Positions 63,359-64,000 of a stretch of 64,000 nucleotides of DNA are shown one piece after another (the first letter of the stretch is position 1; every line of letters begins with the position of its first letter). The position numbers were made by a program, and so were the translations under genes. Source of the DNA: Candidatus Eiseniibacteriota bacterium (GTDB lineage: Bacteria; Eisenbacteria; RBG-16-71-46); contig CAVSAC010000011.1 of NCBI GenBank assembly GCA_963725865.1, forward strand, positions 1-64,000. The letters run 5' to 3'. Below the pieces are notes generated by a model, which saw only the letters and a program-made list of their open reading frames with translations, had not been told where the DNA came from and did not search any database.

Positions 63359-64000
63359 AAGGTCTCGCGAAACGGCTGCGCCTCGAACCGGGCCAGCGAC
63401 CCGGGCTCGCCCGCCGCGACCCACACGCCAGCTTCGGAGCTCGCGACAAGCGCACCGCGGCGACCCAGGTCGCCCTGCGGCTGCGGCGGCTCAACGTGCT
63501 GCAGGAGCGGCTCTACGCCGAGCGAGCCGCGCGCTGCTGGTGGTGCTGCAGGGCATGGACACCGGCGGGCAAGGACGGCATCATCCGCCACGTCATGACC
63601 GGGCTCAACCCGCAGGGCTGCCGCGTCACGTCGTTCAAGGTGCCGACGCGCGGAGGAGCTGGCGCACGACTTCCTGTGGCGCATCCACCAGCGCGGCGCC
63701 GGCGACGCGGCGAGATCGGCATCTTCAACCGCTCGCACTACGAGGACGTGCTGGTGGTGCGCGTGCACGACCTGGTGCCGCAAGAGCGTCTGGTCGCGAG
63801 CGCTACGAGCAGATCAACGAGTTCGAGCGCATGCTGACCGAGAACGGCACGACCATCCTGAAGTTCTTCCTGCACATCAGCCAGGAGGAGCAGCGCGAGC
63901 GCCTCCAGGAGCGGCTCGACGACCCGACCAAGCACTGGAAGTTCAGCGCCGGCCGACCTCGAGGAGCGCAAGCGCTGGGACGACTACATGGCGGCCTACG
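63355..64000 (+). CDS. ppk2: Polyphosphate kinase 2 family (truncated by the window end; indels)
   Basis: QGMDT.GKDG.IRHV, NPQGC.V.SFKVP, HDFLWR, IFNRSHYEDVLVVRVH, KFFLHIS.EEQ. Confidence 0.92.

Overview
A very GC-rich bacterial chromosome window, densely coding, with about 50 genes. I found no rRNA, tRNA, CRISPR array, integrase or transposase. Secreted proteins with FlgD-Ig/T9SS-like C-termini and a C-terminal TWGxxKxxYR tail suggest an FCB-associated uncultured lineage such as Ca. Eisenbacteria (inference). Many genes, including conserved housekeeping ones, are broken by clustered 1-bp indels. These look like long-read assembly errors, so those genes are called as intact CDSs with approximate ends. 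Content in order: cysteine desulfurase (3' part), pdxST, nrnA, ccmABCDEF (Cys-type CcmE), an NHL-repeat protein, a small ORF-dinB-DUF72 cassette, arsC, fbp/fba, an FAD oxidoreductase, a 4-hydroxybenzoyl-CoA-reductase-like Mo enzyme with xdhC/mocA, Rieske, LOG, a kynureninase-like gene, thyX, fdhD, an unknown multi-TM protein, a GlpT-like MFS, a PP2C / LytS / TPR / TonB receptor / LytTR locus, acyl-CoA dehydrogenase, ggt, a fused E1 alpha-beta, penicillin acylase, ROK, miaB, queF, a giant S8 protease, a multi-TM GAF-PP2C, a type III PKS with methyltransferase, and ppk2. Three signals stand out. (1) A LytS-type kinase and an RsbU-type phosphatase carry the same membrane sensor domain, and each is preceded by matching 21-bp-period direct repeats. 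(2) A candidate new SOS operator, TGCAC-N4-GTGCA, lies inside a sigma70-like promoter of an ImuB-C-like/PolY/DUF72 cassette. (3) A secreted-protein gene is bracketed by a duplicated 43-bp hairpin.
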